Shown one piece after another: positions 34,912-48,900 of a stretch of DNA of 64,000 nt. A program made the translations under genes and the position numbers. How positions within the stretch are numbered: the first letter of the stretch is position 1; each line of letters opens with the position of its first letter. Source of the DNA: Balanoglossus misakiensis (lineage: Eukaryota; Animalia; Hemichordata); contig CM082593.2 of NCBI GenBank assembly GCA_040954595.2, positions 2,143,830 to 2,207,829 on the forward strand. Reading direction: 5' to 3'. The notes beneath the pieces were generated by a model. It was not told the origin of the DNA. It searched no databases and saw only the letters and a program-made list of their open reading frames with translations.

Positions 34912-37900
34912 CATGAAGGTGCCTGCAACTTAGTTACCAGAAACTTGCCGCAGAAATGTGACGACACTCTTTTGCCAGTGGAAGTACTGTAGTAGAATAT
35001 ACTAAATATATATACATAGGCCTCTATATATTATTAGCGACATGGCATTTAAAAATATTTAGAGAAAAGTTAAAACAAGATTAAAACTTTTCGCGTGGTT
35101 TGCCACCAATGCCAGACATTTTTGATGCAAAGGATTGATACGAGTTGTGAAAACTACACATGGAAAGAAATTATAATTTAAGATAGCACTGCTTATTATC
35201 TGCAATGTTATTTCAGAACTCTATTTACAATTAAAGACAATGTGGGGATCCCACAAACCATGCATTATACGGTAAGGTAGTCATCGTTTATTTGAATAAT
35301 TTTCCTCCCCCGAAGCCAATTCTGAACACTCCCTAAGTGCATTAAATGTAGCAAACATGGCCACGTGGAAGAGGCGTGATCGGTATGGTGCTACGTTTCA
35401 GGCATTTTGCGGCCCGAGGAATTTGGAGGAGTACACAGGTCCTACTCTGTAAGTATTTCAGCCATTATTTTCCATTTCAGGTTTTAGAACTCGTCTGGAA
35501 TTGTGACAAGTGAGTGCAAGATTCGCTCTGCTCTGGCAAGTAGACGCAAGTCTCAACGGTAGCACGTGCTGTGCCTTATATTCTGGCACATGTGGCAGAA
35601 GGCATAACGAGCTATTTTTCAAATTCCGTTTTCAAAACTATGTTTAGAAAATAATACATTTTAAGGAACTTGAGGTAATAATTATAATTGCGGTATTTAT
35701 GAAAGATTTCGTCCATGTTCGTCGGCGTTGGCGACCATTTATTTGTGTTCGCCGGAGAACGACAACATGATGTGGCGTGGCGTCGTCACGTCACGTCAGA
35801 CGTCTGTGCTTTCGCCATTTATTTACGAATTATAAACCGCAGTTTTCATTTGCCTCGATAATTGAGCGTTCGTGTTTCATTTTAGGTTCACTGAGCTGAA
35901 TTATCAGGGCTATACCAGAAAAAGTGGTGTCCATTTGAGAAGAACTCAGCGAGGTGACCATGGTGACGGCGACTCGTTCATCGCTGCGTAGTGCAAGGTG
36001 CGTTGCTAAGTGCAAGGTGCGTTTCAACCAATCAGAGGTAAGCATTCATTCAATTTGATCTAAGCCTTGTGATTGGTCGGTTCCGAATGCAAGCAAGTTT
36101 ATATGCTCAAACACCCTGCATTAAAATCGTGACTTTCAAGGAGGAGCAATAACAATGAAATAAAGAAACTCATTTATAACATTTTAATTGTAAACATACA
36201 AGTGTTTCGAGGAATAGAAATATGTAATACTGTCTGGTTTGATTTCAATATGCAATTCATATGAACTTGAACAGCGACAAAAACATTTGTATAGATAATG
36301 AATTGTTAGCCATACCGTACCTACGTAATCTGTGATTTCTAATCACACACATTAATTATTTAGAGGTCAAATCCCAGGAAAGTGTTACAAGTTATTATTG
36401 CACAAAATTGGATTACATGAACCCATCTGTTATCGGTGACAAGCAGACATGTTTTGTGGCGATCAATTATAGATTTGCCTGTTCACGTTCCTTGGAGCAT
36501 TACCATCACAGCAAAAGTCACACTCAATCATTCAATCATCTGTAGTAAACAGTCTTCCCTACAAGGTCATTTGGACTGCTCTGTACCCGTTACCGGGGTT
36601 CTTTTGGTATATCAGTGCAGTCATGTTAATAGGTAGCATGATATGCACATGGGTATTATCTCCACAAATCCAAAATGGCATCATATGTCGATTAAGGATA
36701 AGATTGGATTATGTATCGATTAAAATGTGATACATTTCGAAGCTATTGGGGCTGTAGTAAAGCTATTCTTGGCTGGAGGATTTCTTATCATCCTGTGATT
36801 GGGACTTGAAGCCACATCCTACGGCACTAAGGAAGTCAGCCATCAGAATGAAATGTACGTGCCACCTAATCACCACCCGTCTCTTGCCAAAGGAAATCTG
36901 GGCTTGTTAATGTTTCCTGCAATTGTCATTTGGTTTTCAGTAGTGTATAAATCTATAACACTGAAGTATTGTATTGTGCTGATTGGAATCTTTCCATGTT
37001 TCAACAAATGCTGGGGTTACACGTACTTGCAAGTATATTTTATAATCGATGATAAAATCTCAAAAGCTAACTAGTATGTATAGACCAGTTTTCAGCTTAT
37101 TCGGGTCATTACCCTCAGTAATTGTATCTGATTGCCATCGAAGGAAGCGGTTGTGCAAGGTGATTTGAACATTCGTGCTCCAAATGGCATGAGGAATTAT
37201 TAGTGGCATGTATGAATTCTTTGAATTCAAAGTCACAGATTGTACTTCCCTAAGCAGCCTGTCTCAAATCTACTTTTGTATCACGTTCATGTCAACTATC
37301 ATCGCAACATTGTCTCATCTGCTTGAAATAATGAGAAGCAGGTCTTCCTTTCCAACTTCCCATAAGAGTCGTTATAGACATTACCATGGCGATGATGATG
37401 CTACTGATGAGCACCTGTACGTCAATAATAGATGTTTTCTGCAATTTCGTTGCAGAAAATTGTATCACGGACTTAACCTTTGTCTCTTGGTCTCAGGTGA
37501 CTCATCCAACCGATGTTAATATAATTTTTTAATGAGTAGTAAATTCTTTTGATTTCATTTGCGATGCTCTCTATCACACTGGCAGAGCAAAAGGCTATGA
37601 CAACTGCCATTGGTTTTCGCCAAGCATCGTCAATCTGACACATGCTAGGGATTATCAAAGCTTCAGGTTCAAAATTGCCCTTGATTTGCTTCCCTATAAA
37701 ACCTATTGAAAAGAGCGATGTTCATACGATTTCAGCTGAAAAACACCAGCACTATGGGTATACTTTATTCCGTGTTCTTTGATTGAATATTCTTGGCTGT
37801 TTTATTCAGTATTTGTACTGAAGAACAATGTTAATAAAATTTCAGAACTCGTGTGTTGATATTCTGATGATTTCTCTTCACAAAAGTGTGCCATAACCAT

Positions 37901-39555
37901 AGAAATCGTTCATAAAATAACAGTATTTTAAGTTTTTTTGCCATGGCAAATCCACTCTTCGAATCTTAACCAGCGCCATCAGTGTCAGGTGTATACTATG
38001 ATATACATTTGTGAGTACTTGAACTATTGATGGCAAACTATATTTGAACCCATTATCCAAATTGAAGTTTGTCAAAGCAGGTTTTCATTATATCTCACAA
38101 GCTATGTTTATATCGGGCAAGGGAACCTTCCTCAAAACATTGGTTAGCGAGGAGATTGCCAGCTACCAAAATCGTGCAGATCGAACCGTGTCAAGCCAGG
38201 GGCATACGTAATACTAATCTGATTGAAAGATTTTAACGTAATACCTGAATCATATTCCTGCAACTTTTATATCAAATTTCAATTTGGACGATAGAATGGA
38301 AACATATACGTGAAAGGTTACTTGTAACGAAGCTCATAAATGCACTTAATATAATTTGAAAACGACGCGTAAATGTACCATGTAACATGTAACGAGTGCA
38401 AGTGATGTCTTTACAAGTGGGTGACTTTGTAACAAGTTCCACTTCTTGTGACTTTCTGCTGTACACGCCTAATAAAGTTAATTGAACTTCGTTAGTGAAA
38501 AGAGAATTGTACAGGAATCGATCGTGGACGTAATGAGTTGTGGCAGGTCTTAATAAATAACTTCCGAATAAGGGTAATGCTGTGTAAATGAACATTGTAT
38601 GAATGGCAGATCTGATTAACATGACGCATGAGTCGATTTACAAAGTCTCTTATCTTGTGCAGTGATTTGAATAGAAGTCAGACAGGCCGTCTTCCATCCA
38701 CAGCTCTTGAAGCTGATTTCAAATAATTCCTGCTGTGGTCGACTTGACCGACTTTGACTAGAATCTAGTCCTCGATTCTAGGAATCGGGAAGAAATATGT
38801 TGTTGTTGATGTGATAAAATTAATGAGCTGTGAGTGTTTTTGAGCCCTTATTTCCGCTGAGAGTTTGATGAAGTGGTCGCAGTAAATGCTGCGTGTGTCT
38901 TGGCAGCTGCCTGCACGTCTCAAAGGAAAATGTCCTTTTCGACAAGTGAAACTGGCAAAAAAGAGAGTTTTACGCATATGAGCCTTGTTTTTCTGATTTC
39001 CTTGGGTTGTACGTGCCACATACAATAATTTCGACACACAGGCTTCTTTTTCGCCGACAACACGTGATACCGTGTCAAACACAAGCCGGTTTTAGAAACT
39101 GTGTTACATGTTAAACCCTACAGATCACTTCATTCCGTAATCACCGATGCGTTACATCTGTTCTGGAGATGAATAAGCTGTGAGGGCACGATTGTCTGAA
39201 CATGATTGTGCCATCAAACACGCAACGCAGCACCAAACAAGGCGGTCCCCATTCTGATTGGTCGCTGTTTCCTATTTGACTGATTTGATAGATACAATGG
39301 GCTCATTTGCATTTTGATCGCCTCTTGAAATGTTTGTAGCCCGCATCCTGAAACTGTGCTCAGTAAGCTGAAAATTGCGCTGTATTCAAGATTTATATGT
39401 TCGGTCATTTGAAACCAACGGCGACTACATGAAAGACGGCACACTGTTGCAAAGATTCGGAGAAAACGCCAGTTGCAAACAAGAGCCGTATCAACTGTCT
39501 GTGTTACTATCCAGACGGAGCCACATCATTCAGCGAACATTGTAAACTGCAGAAA

Positions 39556-42500
39556 ATGGACAACTTGGAGTTCAATGATAACGGGACCGATTCGTCGGAT
39601 GTGCTGCGTTTGTTGTGCGAATTGTGTGACATTTGCCAGAACGAGACGGCATCCTATGATTACTCTGATTCGTCGTACCTGAGCTCGTACTATTACGAGC
39701 CCGATGACTTGCTGGAAAGATGCACTCAGACTCGTACATACATTGACAACTCAGTCGGACCAACTCTCTTTGGTCTTACCAGTTTTGTCTTCTCGGTGAC
39801 TGTTTTCTTGTCTATCACCGGGAACTCGCTGGCGATCTGCATCCTTGCATTCGGCAACCGCGTCAGGACTAACTTCAATTCTTACCTGATCAACTTGGCG
39901 GTGTCAGACCTGCAGTCTGCTATATTCTGCATGCCATTCACAACCGTTGCCTTGCTGCTTGGACGATGGCCGTTTGGCGTTGCTATGTGCCCGTTCGTGG
40001 TCTACATGCAACAGGTAAGAATCTACTCCCACAAAATGCTCACAAATGTTCCCGCCAAATAATATTAACATGTTAAATCTGAATTTCCCAGTTTCTCTCA
40101 TTTTCAACATTTGCCTCGATTGGGTCAAAGGAGTTAAAAGCGAATTCGGAACTATACGTACACTCAACCCCCTTTTTTATAGTGGCCACCTCTATATATA
40201 GTGGCTACTTTGTTACAGTCCCTGTGCACTTTACATGTGCAGTAATTGACCTGTATGTACAGGCCACCTGTCTATAAAGGCCATTTAGGAAAGTTCCTTG
40301 ACTGGCCACTATAAACAGGTTCGACTGTACTAGTACCCAGGTATATCAAGAATGCGTTTCTGAATGCACGTGCACGAAAGACAACTAAAAACATGGAAGA
40401 CAAGGTGAGGGAAATAACAGAGAGATTGTCATCCACGCACGATCGCATGCAACTAAATTGTAGTTCAGATGTAATAAACAATTCAAGTTGCGGCAAATGG
40501 TCATTTAAAATAGATTTGATATATGCTGCATGTGGTAGCAGAACAAAGGCTTTTGTATGTGTGCCTGCAATAAATCAGGGTGCCACACAGCTCTGTTCCT
40601 ATTTCCAGAGTTTGTTTTCGGTCTATCTTATGCGGGCATGTTACTTGCCAGTGAACTGACGTGGCTCAGATTCTATTCCGAGAGCCATAAAGAGGCATTT
40701 GGTTGCAGCGTGCTCTTGGCTGTCGTAAATCAGTGTTGGCAATGCACAATTTTCTTTTTTTTTGCTGGCTGTGAGTGTGTTTGTATGCCGTCAATATAAT
40801 GACTCCACAATGCGCTTTTTGTTCTGTTTGGATAATGGCAGTTGCGAAGAAAATTTAACAGCGGTTACCGCATGAAAACATACGTTTGACCTTAGTTGAG
40901 ATTTTATTGTCACAGTGGAAAGGTGCACTTCGCCAAGGCCAGTGGCAAACATTTCATTAACTTTTGAGTGGTTCCGAACTGCAAGCTGTTTTGCTTTTCA
41001 TAGCGTATACAATGTACACACCCCAAAGAGCTACAGAAGACCCCACAATTACAGCCACACCCCTGTCACATGACAAACGATATTTCAAAGCCCATGTATG
41101 TTTATTGTTCGAGTCTGTTTCTTCTATTCTGCTGTCAGCTTGCAAATGACCATGTGTTTTTGGAGTTTATTTCATTTAATGACCCGTTAGGCTGATATCA
41201 GTGAGAGGTACAGAGTGGACCCTTTTTGGGTAAAAGCGCCAGAGGGGTTCATTATCCATCTTCAAAGTCTTAAACTTTTTCTAATATTTTGCTCAAGGCA
41301 AGTTTTAGATTATTGAAATTGGGAATGAAAATTAGGAGTCGCCATGCAAAATGTTGAATGATAGAGCAAAATTGTCTCAAATTGCCCCAAAATTGAAGTT
41401 CAAAAGGGCCGCCAATCTCTGCGCAAACTCTACGGAGAAAATATAAAGCAGCGATTTTTATGAAACAAGTCTGTTATCAATCGGTTTTCTTTTTTTCTGA
41501 AAGACTCCTCGCACGCATGGATGAGAAATCCTAGATGTCGTATTCTGTTTCCAAGTCTTTGTTTTTGAAAATTCGAAGAGAGATCTACGCAAAAAATGTT
41601 CAGTTACGGTTATCGGTAGGTGAATAAAACCGACAGAAAAGGCTTTTGCAAAATTTATCCCACAAGGAGTGTATCCCGAAAATTGCATAATATCACATTT
41701 TGAGATTACCGCGTTGTTTCATAGCAACGTCGCATATCTCTCGTAAGATGTCATGTTTACGTGTAGACTTCTTGTCCATTGGGGTTTGGGTGTATTATTT
41801 ATTCATGATGCATCTGAAAGGTCAACTCAGTACATTGCAATGACTTTGCTCTTATAAATAGAAACTTGTGAATTTCTGTTCATGATCGAGCTACCTCGAG
41901 TCTGAACCTGAAATTATGACATATTTTGTCATCGCCATGAGCAGCTTGTAATAGCTTTGCTTACAGATGGATATAAATATGACCGCATTTGATATCGGTA
42001 GAGTACAGCCAGTGGAGACAAGTATTCAAATGTATTGTCGCGTTGTTATAAAGGCGGGATATACATGTAATGCAGTTCGGTTCCCAAGCGACTGTAAGTT
42101 AATCACATAACAGGCCTATCATATCGTTACAAGAAAGTGTCGCATTTCTAGTAACATTAAGGGAGTTCAGACTGGAGAGTTTAAGGCGGTGTAGAACCGG
42201 TGCTGGGCCTGGGCCTGTTGTGAACTAGTTAGGAGTCAAGGAATCCCATGGGGAATAAATTCCAAGTCTATTTTATCCAATTCGTTAGTTTAATTTCATT
42301 AATGTGTAATTATCCCCAGGTGCAGGAATGTTTCTCATTGTTTACCAGTCCACGATGTTTGTACAGGTGTCGTGAACTGTTCAGGTTTCGGGGTCTGAGT
42401 GCAGTTTTATGCAGCAGCTGGTGTGCGCAAACTGAAAGTGGAATTAGTCTTGATATAATGCCTCTAAGTCATTAAGCTTTTGCTAGAACAGGGGCCTTAC

Positions 42501-44821
42501 ATGAGAGGTTCGTCATGCGTTCAACGAGCATGGAAAATGCACATGGAAGTATACGTCCTCGGGAAATTTGGTTCGTGGTGTATGAGAGAGAAGTGCCGTA
42601 AGATTGAATGGCCTTATACATCACATAAGAGTCAGCAAATCATTCATTGCAACTCAGGTTAAGCGAAATCTTGGATATGTGAGATACCCCATTTATATAC
42701 ATGTCATACTCTGGTGATCCATGGTGCTTAGTAATGAATACCAAATTACGCGTTTAACGTTGACATTTTAGAAGGCGTCATATTGCTTATCAGCCGTACA
42801 CTTGCTAATTAAGAACTGAAAACCAGTTTTGATTATCACTCATTAGCAGAATTGTGACTGAATAACCTGCGCTATTTGGAAATCTTAAAGATATCGATCG
42901 TATAAATGTTAACGGTTTGCCTCGAAAACATGGCGTACAGAGTTCAGACTGTCGTTAATTGACGTTATCTAACCACAAATGATTCACGCGTCCTCACCGG
43001 ATGCGGAGCTTACATCTAATACACAGTGTGGCTACAAACCGTGACTCTCTATGACATTGAGCTCGTTTAATATTGCTTAGAGTACAATCTAAACAACAAT
43101 TCCACAGTGAAACGCACAAGTGACAAATGAACAATAACTTTTTAATTCATTAAGTAAATGGACCGATATAAATATTGTATCTAGGGTCATTATTGGAGCG
43201 TAACATTATATGTCCTAGGTAACCTGCCCAGTAAACATGACTATTATACAGTATACGTTCCCTTCTATTTTCAACTTTCTTAAATTTCTTTAATGTACCA
43301 ATCAGTCGCTTTCTGACAGTGCCCTGCACACTGGCGCTGTATTGACCTGAACAACTCTCTGAGAATAATGTACTCTGACAATGCAGATATGCCGGCAGGC
43401 TTTAACCACTCCTTGTGGCGTGCTTTATTTCCGTGAGGACCCTGGAGATGTAGGTACAAGAAAAACGCCTTCTAGACATGTTCCCCACGTGCATGGGATC
43501 AAAAATCAAACCCGAGGTCAAAAATCAAACCCTCCAATACAATGTAATAACCTGAATATTTTACAGGTCATATGAATTTCTGTTTCCGCGTGCTGGTTGA
43601 GTTCATAAAAATCTTCTTTGACCTACAACTGCATTCTATACACCCTCACTGACGACCAGAGCATAATTACGTATAATCAAGCTATCTCTTCTCCATTTGT
43701 ATTCAGGTGTCTGTAACAGTGAGTGTGTACACCTTGACAGCAATCGCCATCGACCGTTATTTTGCTGTGGTGCATCCGCTGAAGGCGAAGATATCTCTGA
43801 TGCGGCCGGCAGTTGTCAACGCCATTGTGTGGGTCGTCTCCATGCTTCTCGGCACCGTGCAACTCATCAAGGCCCGCACCAGGGCATATCCCATGGAATC
43901 TGGTGAAGTCCACTACCTGTGCGACGAAGTATGGACGAGCAGAAAGAACCAGATCGTCTATGAACTCTTCATTATCATTTTCACCTATATTGGACCCCTC
44001 GCAGTGATCTCCTACTCCTACTATGCCATGGTCAAAATATTGTGGATGCGTCAGTTGCCAGGCAACCCCGACAAACTCCGCGATCATCGCCACGCCAAAT
44101 CAAAAAGAAAGGTATCGATATTAACTTGTTTGGATTTCTTTTTTATTGTAGCCACAGAGGATATGAACATTATAAGAGAACTTGCAGTGTCAATATTTTG
44201 CATTCCTTTTTTGAAACTCTTTAATTTCACACTTGATTTTTGTTGTTAAGCAGTCTTCTTTTTGTCTCCTAGGTTGCAAAGATGGCGGTCACCGTGGTGA
44301 TACTGTTTGCTCTGTGTTGGTTGCCGCTCCACACTCTCATGTTTGTGACCACGTGTACAGACCGACTCACATCCAATCAAGACACCTTTAAAGTTGTCCG
44401 GATAATCTATTTCTTTTTCTATTGGCTGGCCATGGCTAATAGCTTCATCAATCCTTTCATCTATACCATCTACCACGAAGGCTTTAGGGTGAGTATCGGG
44501 TCATTGATGAATTTTTGTTCTGTTGAACATGAATGTTTTTCAAAAGCAAGATTGTGACATTTGAAATAAGCGAGCCATCCCTCCCCATGCAAATGTACAA
44601 TAACACCAGACCACCTGCAATAACACTATAGGCTAAAGCGGTGCTATTTTGTTATTTCACAGACGGATTTACGCGAGCTGGGTACACTCTGCCGACGATC
44701 TGGAAGGCGCTGCTTGTCGAAAGTGCATTCACCCTTGTTGCGTGAAGGAGCACTGATCGTTCGATCCAAAAGTCCTAGAAGTATGACTATGGGTACAACC
44801 ACCACTACTGGAAGTTCCTAA
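39556..44821 (+). CDS. Rhodopsin-class neuropeptide GPCR (tachykinin/leucokinin/luqin-RYamide/GPR83-like group)
   Basis: Exons 39556-40014, 43707-44111, 44273-44488 and 44663-44821 (phase 0). Motifs: GNSL (TM1), NLAVSD (TM2), WPFGVAMC, AIAIDRY, ICL3 LPGNPDKLRD...SKRKVAKM, FALCWLPLH (TM6), WLAMANSFINPFIY (TM7). Exact subfamily cannot be resolved by eye. Confidence 0.9.
40159..40329. mobile_element. Short non-autonomous Tc1/mariner-pogo-type MITE in GPCR intron 1
   Basis: TA-flanked imperfect inverted ends: TA|CACTCAACCCCCTTTTTTATAGTGGCCA versus the reverse complement of the right end, TA|CAGTCGAACCTGTTTATAGTGGCCA. Internal repeats of GGCCACCT(G)TCTAT. Confidence 0.7.
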
Positions 44822-45493
44822 CCTGCGTTCCCTGCTCCGAGAAGAACTACTTCTGGTTCAAATCATTTGCGGAGAAAGCGTGTTATGGGTAAGGGAAAAG
44901 AGAAAGTGATGGAGAAGGGGAGAGATTGAGAGAGAGGTAGGGAGTGCAGGGCAGGATATTAAAACTTACCATGTCCAACTTGTATAATTTAGTGTTAAAA
45001 GATAGAAGTAGATATTGGTTATGAAGTTGGATTTTAATTCCTGGTTGATAATCAATTATTTATATGTGAATAAATCTTGTTATGTCAATGTACATGGTGT
45101 ACAATTTCAAATGTAGGCCTGTGCAGTAATTTGATTCTAATTTTTTTTTTAACACTAAAACTTGGGTAACAAACCATTAATTCAGAACGGTTTGATGTTC
45201 GAGTGGTACTATATGTTTTAGTATAGGTACTGAGATTTTATTTTTAAAACTTGACCAGGAAATATTCGACCAGAATTTCATATAAGCACGTCCAATTTGC
45301 CAAATTTACTGGTGAATTTGACGAGTGTATATGTCTTAACAGTATTACAGCATAATTTCCTGTCACAATTAAACCAAGTAAAATTCCTCTGAAGTTATTA
45401 AATAAGAACTTTTCAGTTTTATGGTCGTTAAGTTTAGTAGATAAGTTATGCTGGTGTATTGTACTTGTTTACATCTACGTTCGGTGTACAACT

Positions 45494-45577
45494 GTACATA
45501 GATACATACATGCATACATACACACACACGTGACATGCATACATACACACGTGACAGACCGCCAAGTAGACATACAT
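45494..45577 (+). repeat. (TACA/CA)-rich simple repeat with a ~22-bp duplication
   Basis: tacatagatacatacatgcatacatacacacacacgtgacatgcatacatacacacgtgaca. Confidence 0.75.
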
Positions 45578-48500
45578 GAGTGGACACAGACAAAATTGCG
45601 AGTAAAATATGTATATGTACGGGTCATTGTAATTGCCGGTAATCTCGAAAAATTTAACAAAAACACCAGTGCCGCGGGTTGGCATATTAATATTTTGTAA
45701 TACATCACATAAATTAAGTTCATTTTGTAGACATATTCAAAAAGAAAATGTGTATCGTGTACCTTATTCAGAGCACTTCATAAGTAACCTTTCAAATATG
45801 GTTATTACCTACCTTATCACGTAGTTAGCTGGTAGCGTTATTATGTTTCGTGATACTAGAATGATCTGTGCTAGTAACTAGGTCTACAAGCAGTGATTCT
45901 TAACGTTTGCCTTGTAGGTGTGACGTTAAGACGTGTACCTTTTTTAGGTCAAGGAGAAGACAGTACTCTTCCTCGGATTTTGTTTTCGGAAAAGTTAAAA
46001 AGTGCCAAATTATCGCAATAGACTGTGTGAGATCTCGCGTGGCTAGGCAGTTTCTATGGGAGGACATTCTCATGCATCATGGAGGGAAACTAAAATGCAC
46101 CAATATATTATGTCTTTTCAACCGAAAATATCAAATGGGGAATAGTTAGAATCCGAGAAGCAGTATTGTTTCTACTTTGAGTGATATGACATATGGCTGT
46201 TCGTCGTTCAGTGTCCACATGTACCCAATTTATGGATTATTATATTTGAATAGCAGCAATGGGTGTCGAGAACAAAGTAATTTTTATCATGACACCATGC
46301 GTCTCCTACAAGTCTTTCCTGCATTCAAAGCTTTCAACTATGTGACGTCATCCTCCTTTAAAAGTAGGACGACATAATCCACTTACTTTTCAATAGACTA
46401 TATGTCTAAAGTTAAAACATATCACGAAATTGTATTTTCGTTCTTGTCTTTGTTAGTTTTCTTCAAGAGAGTGTAGATTCTATTTTGATCTTTCCTTGTG
46501 TGTGTGTATTACGTTTTTGTTAGAGCGGTGTGTGTGTTATTTGTATGCAGACCACCTAAAGAAGGTTTTCGTTTCATGATTAATTTTTTTTCAGATTATT
46601 TTTCTTACTGAAGCTCTTCACTTACATTCGAAAAGCGATGAAAACAAGTTCCTTTATCCAGACGGATGTGAATGATATACGATTTATGAGCGTTGTATTT
46701 GAAAAGTACCAGATTCTTTTGACAGTACATCGACTTTATTGTTTTCTTTAAAGTGAGAACTTCCTCTTCATACTGTTTTTTTCAAATTTATGCTCATACC
46801 AATAAACTGCCAAACTTTTAAATGAATTTGTTGCTCAGATTATATTATAGCGCGTCGATACATCGAACAAAGAAAGAACAAGAAATTAGGAAAGGAAGGA
46901 AAATTAAAGTGCTCAGGACTATCAATGCTGACTAGAGGCGCGCTGGAATACTTGGGCAGAGATGTACTGCATCAGGTAAATAAAATTTACTTTCTAAAGT
47001 TACTGCGAAAAGTATGTCGTTGTCCTGCAGGAGTATGGTACCATGAGGGATTACATGATGCCACGTTAATGGATTGACTAAGTGTACGTAATCTCAGAAG
47101 GCCAGTGCTTTACATCTCCTCCTAAGGCATGTTATTACTTACTTTAATTTTGAGTGAGGTCAGTAGGAAACTTTGTAGTCTGGTTTTCTGTGAAATCACT
47201 TGTATCTAGTGATCTCCTCGAGGTATTTATAGTACGACCCATGTGACTCTTGTTGGCCAATCGTGGTTTAGGGATTGGAGAATTGGGGGTCTGCCAGCAT
47301 GTCTGTCTCTCTCCCTCTTCTCTCTCACACTTCAAGGGAAGTAAACACATCTGAATATTTGCATCAATGTCTGCCTTTATTTTAAGCAGAAACGGTTTAC
47401 ATTTACAATCTATGACAAGATCTTCATTCAAATAAAATATAAACATCAAAATATGAAAAGTACTGATATACACAGTTCAAATAAATTTTGCTGCTAAATT
47501 AATGTACAATTATCAGGTTTTGTATATTTGCATCAATGCAAAAAAAATGTAAATGCTTTCATAGTCAAGATGTGGGCCAGAGATTTTGTAGTCATATACA
47601 AGTCATCAAGAACCGACATAATCCTGTGGCGCAGGTCTGTGTCAGCATCAATAGCCACGGCTGACAGTGACAGTTTTACTGATTTTTCTAAAACATGCAA
47701 AATTCTCGACCAGAAGAAATTACATCACATTTTGAGACAAAAACCTTTAACACTTAAAACTTGATTAAAATACACAAAGATATCTTGAGAACAATGAACA
47801 CTACAAAACACAAGTAACTTTACAATGTCAAAAACCGTGCTTAAATATACAAGGTATTTCCAGAATAAACATTTACAATTCTTGATTGTAAAAACATCTA
47901 GAGTATGTATTCACTACTGTTAAAATTCGCAATTTGAAAATGATATGACCTGTTCAATTCTGTAATGGATTTCAAAAACAGTATCTCCAACATTTCACTC
48001 TGTAACACAGAACATGGTCTTGAGTATAATTTAATCTTCATTCAAGACTATATATGTATATAAATATACTTTTGATTTTTAAATTGATAGATTTCCGTTT
48101 CATTAACAAGCAATCACAAAAATCAAGGTGAAAAATAAAATTACAAGCAAAGGAACTCTTAGATATGGGTCATAATTATGTAGACAAAAAACTGTCCAAT
48201 TATATTAAGGCAATATATGAAATATGTGTGATATATCAGTGGAATGTCAAGTGCCCCAAAATATTGACCATTACTCTGTTTACCCAGGTCATAGGTCAAC
48301 TTTAACATATCAGCTTGTTAACCCTTCTTAGGCTATACAGCTTTCAGGATAGACCTCATGGGTTTCACAACTTCTATGGTTTGAAGGACTCAGACTGGAC
48401 TTTAATTAAGCATTTGAGATAATGTTTTTTCATCTAAAAATATCCTCACTGTTTTAAAGTCAGTAACTGATAATTTCAAATAATGAAAACTGGAAAGGCG

Positions 48501-48900
48501 TAGTGTTGGGGCGAATATTTCTCCAGGAAATTAGGTACACAAGAGCTATTTCTATGCACTGTAAATGAACCTTGAGTGGTAAACAGACAAGGACTAGCTC
48601 ATTATGATTTATAACTGAAGTACTTCAAGGGCTTCTCTTTTACAGGAGCCTAGGTAGCTCATGTTAGCTAAGGTGGCCAATTATATCTTTGTTTCTTCTA
48701 ATCTGCATATAGGGCACTCTATGATGGCGTTAAAAGTTTCAACAACTGACATTTACAATAAGATAAAGTGGACAACAATATAGTGTTGAAATACTGTGCT
48801 CAAGCACACATCGACGCTGATTACGGATAAATTTAAGTAGGAGCACCAGTATGTTCTTGGAACATACCATTCTGAAGCACAGGGGAGTTGTCTATCCATT

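Noticed and set aside
34909-34995. Possible stop-codon readthrough or selenocysteine at TGA-C of the astacin gene (the TNIP-like gene also ends TGACATGAA)
   Set aside because: Both domains end naturally at the stop, the extensions are short and featureless, and no SECIS was recognised
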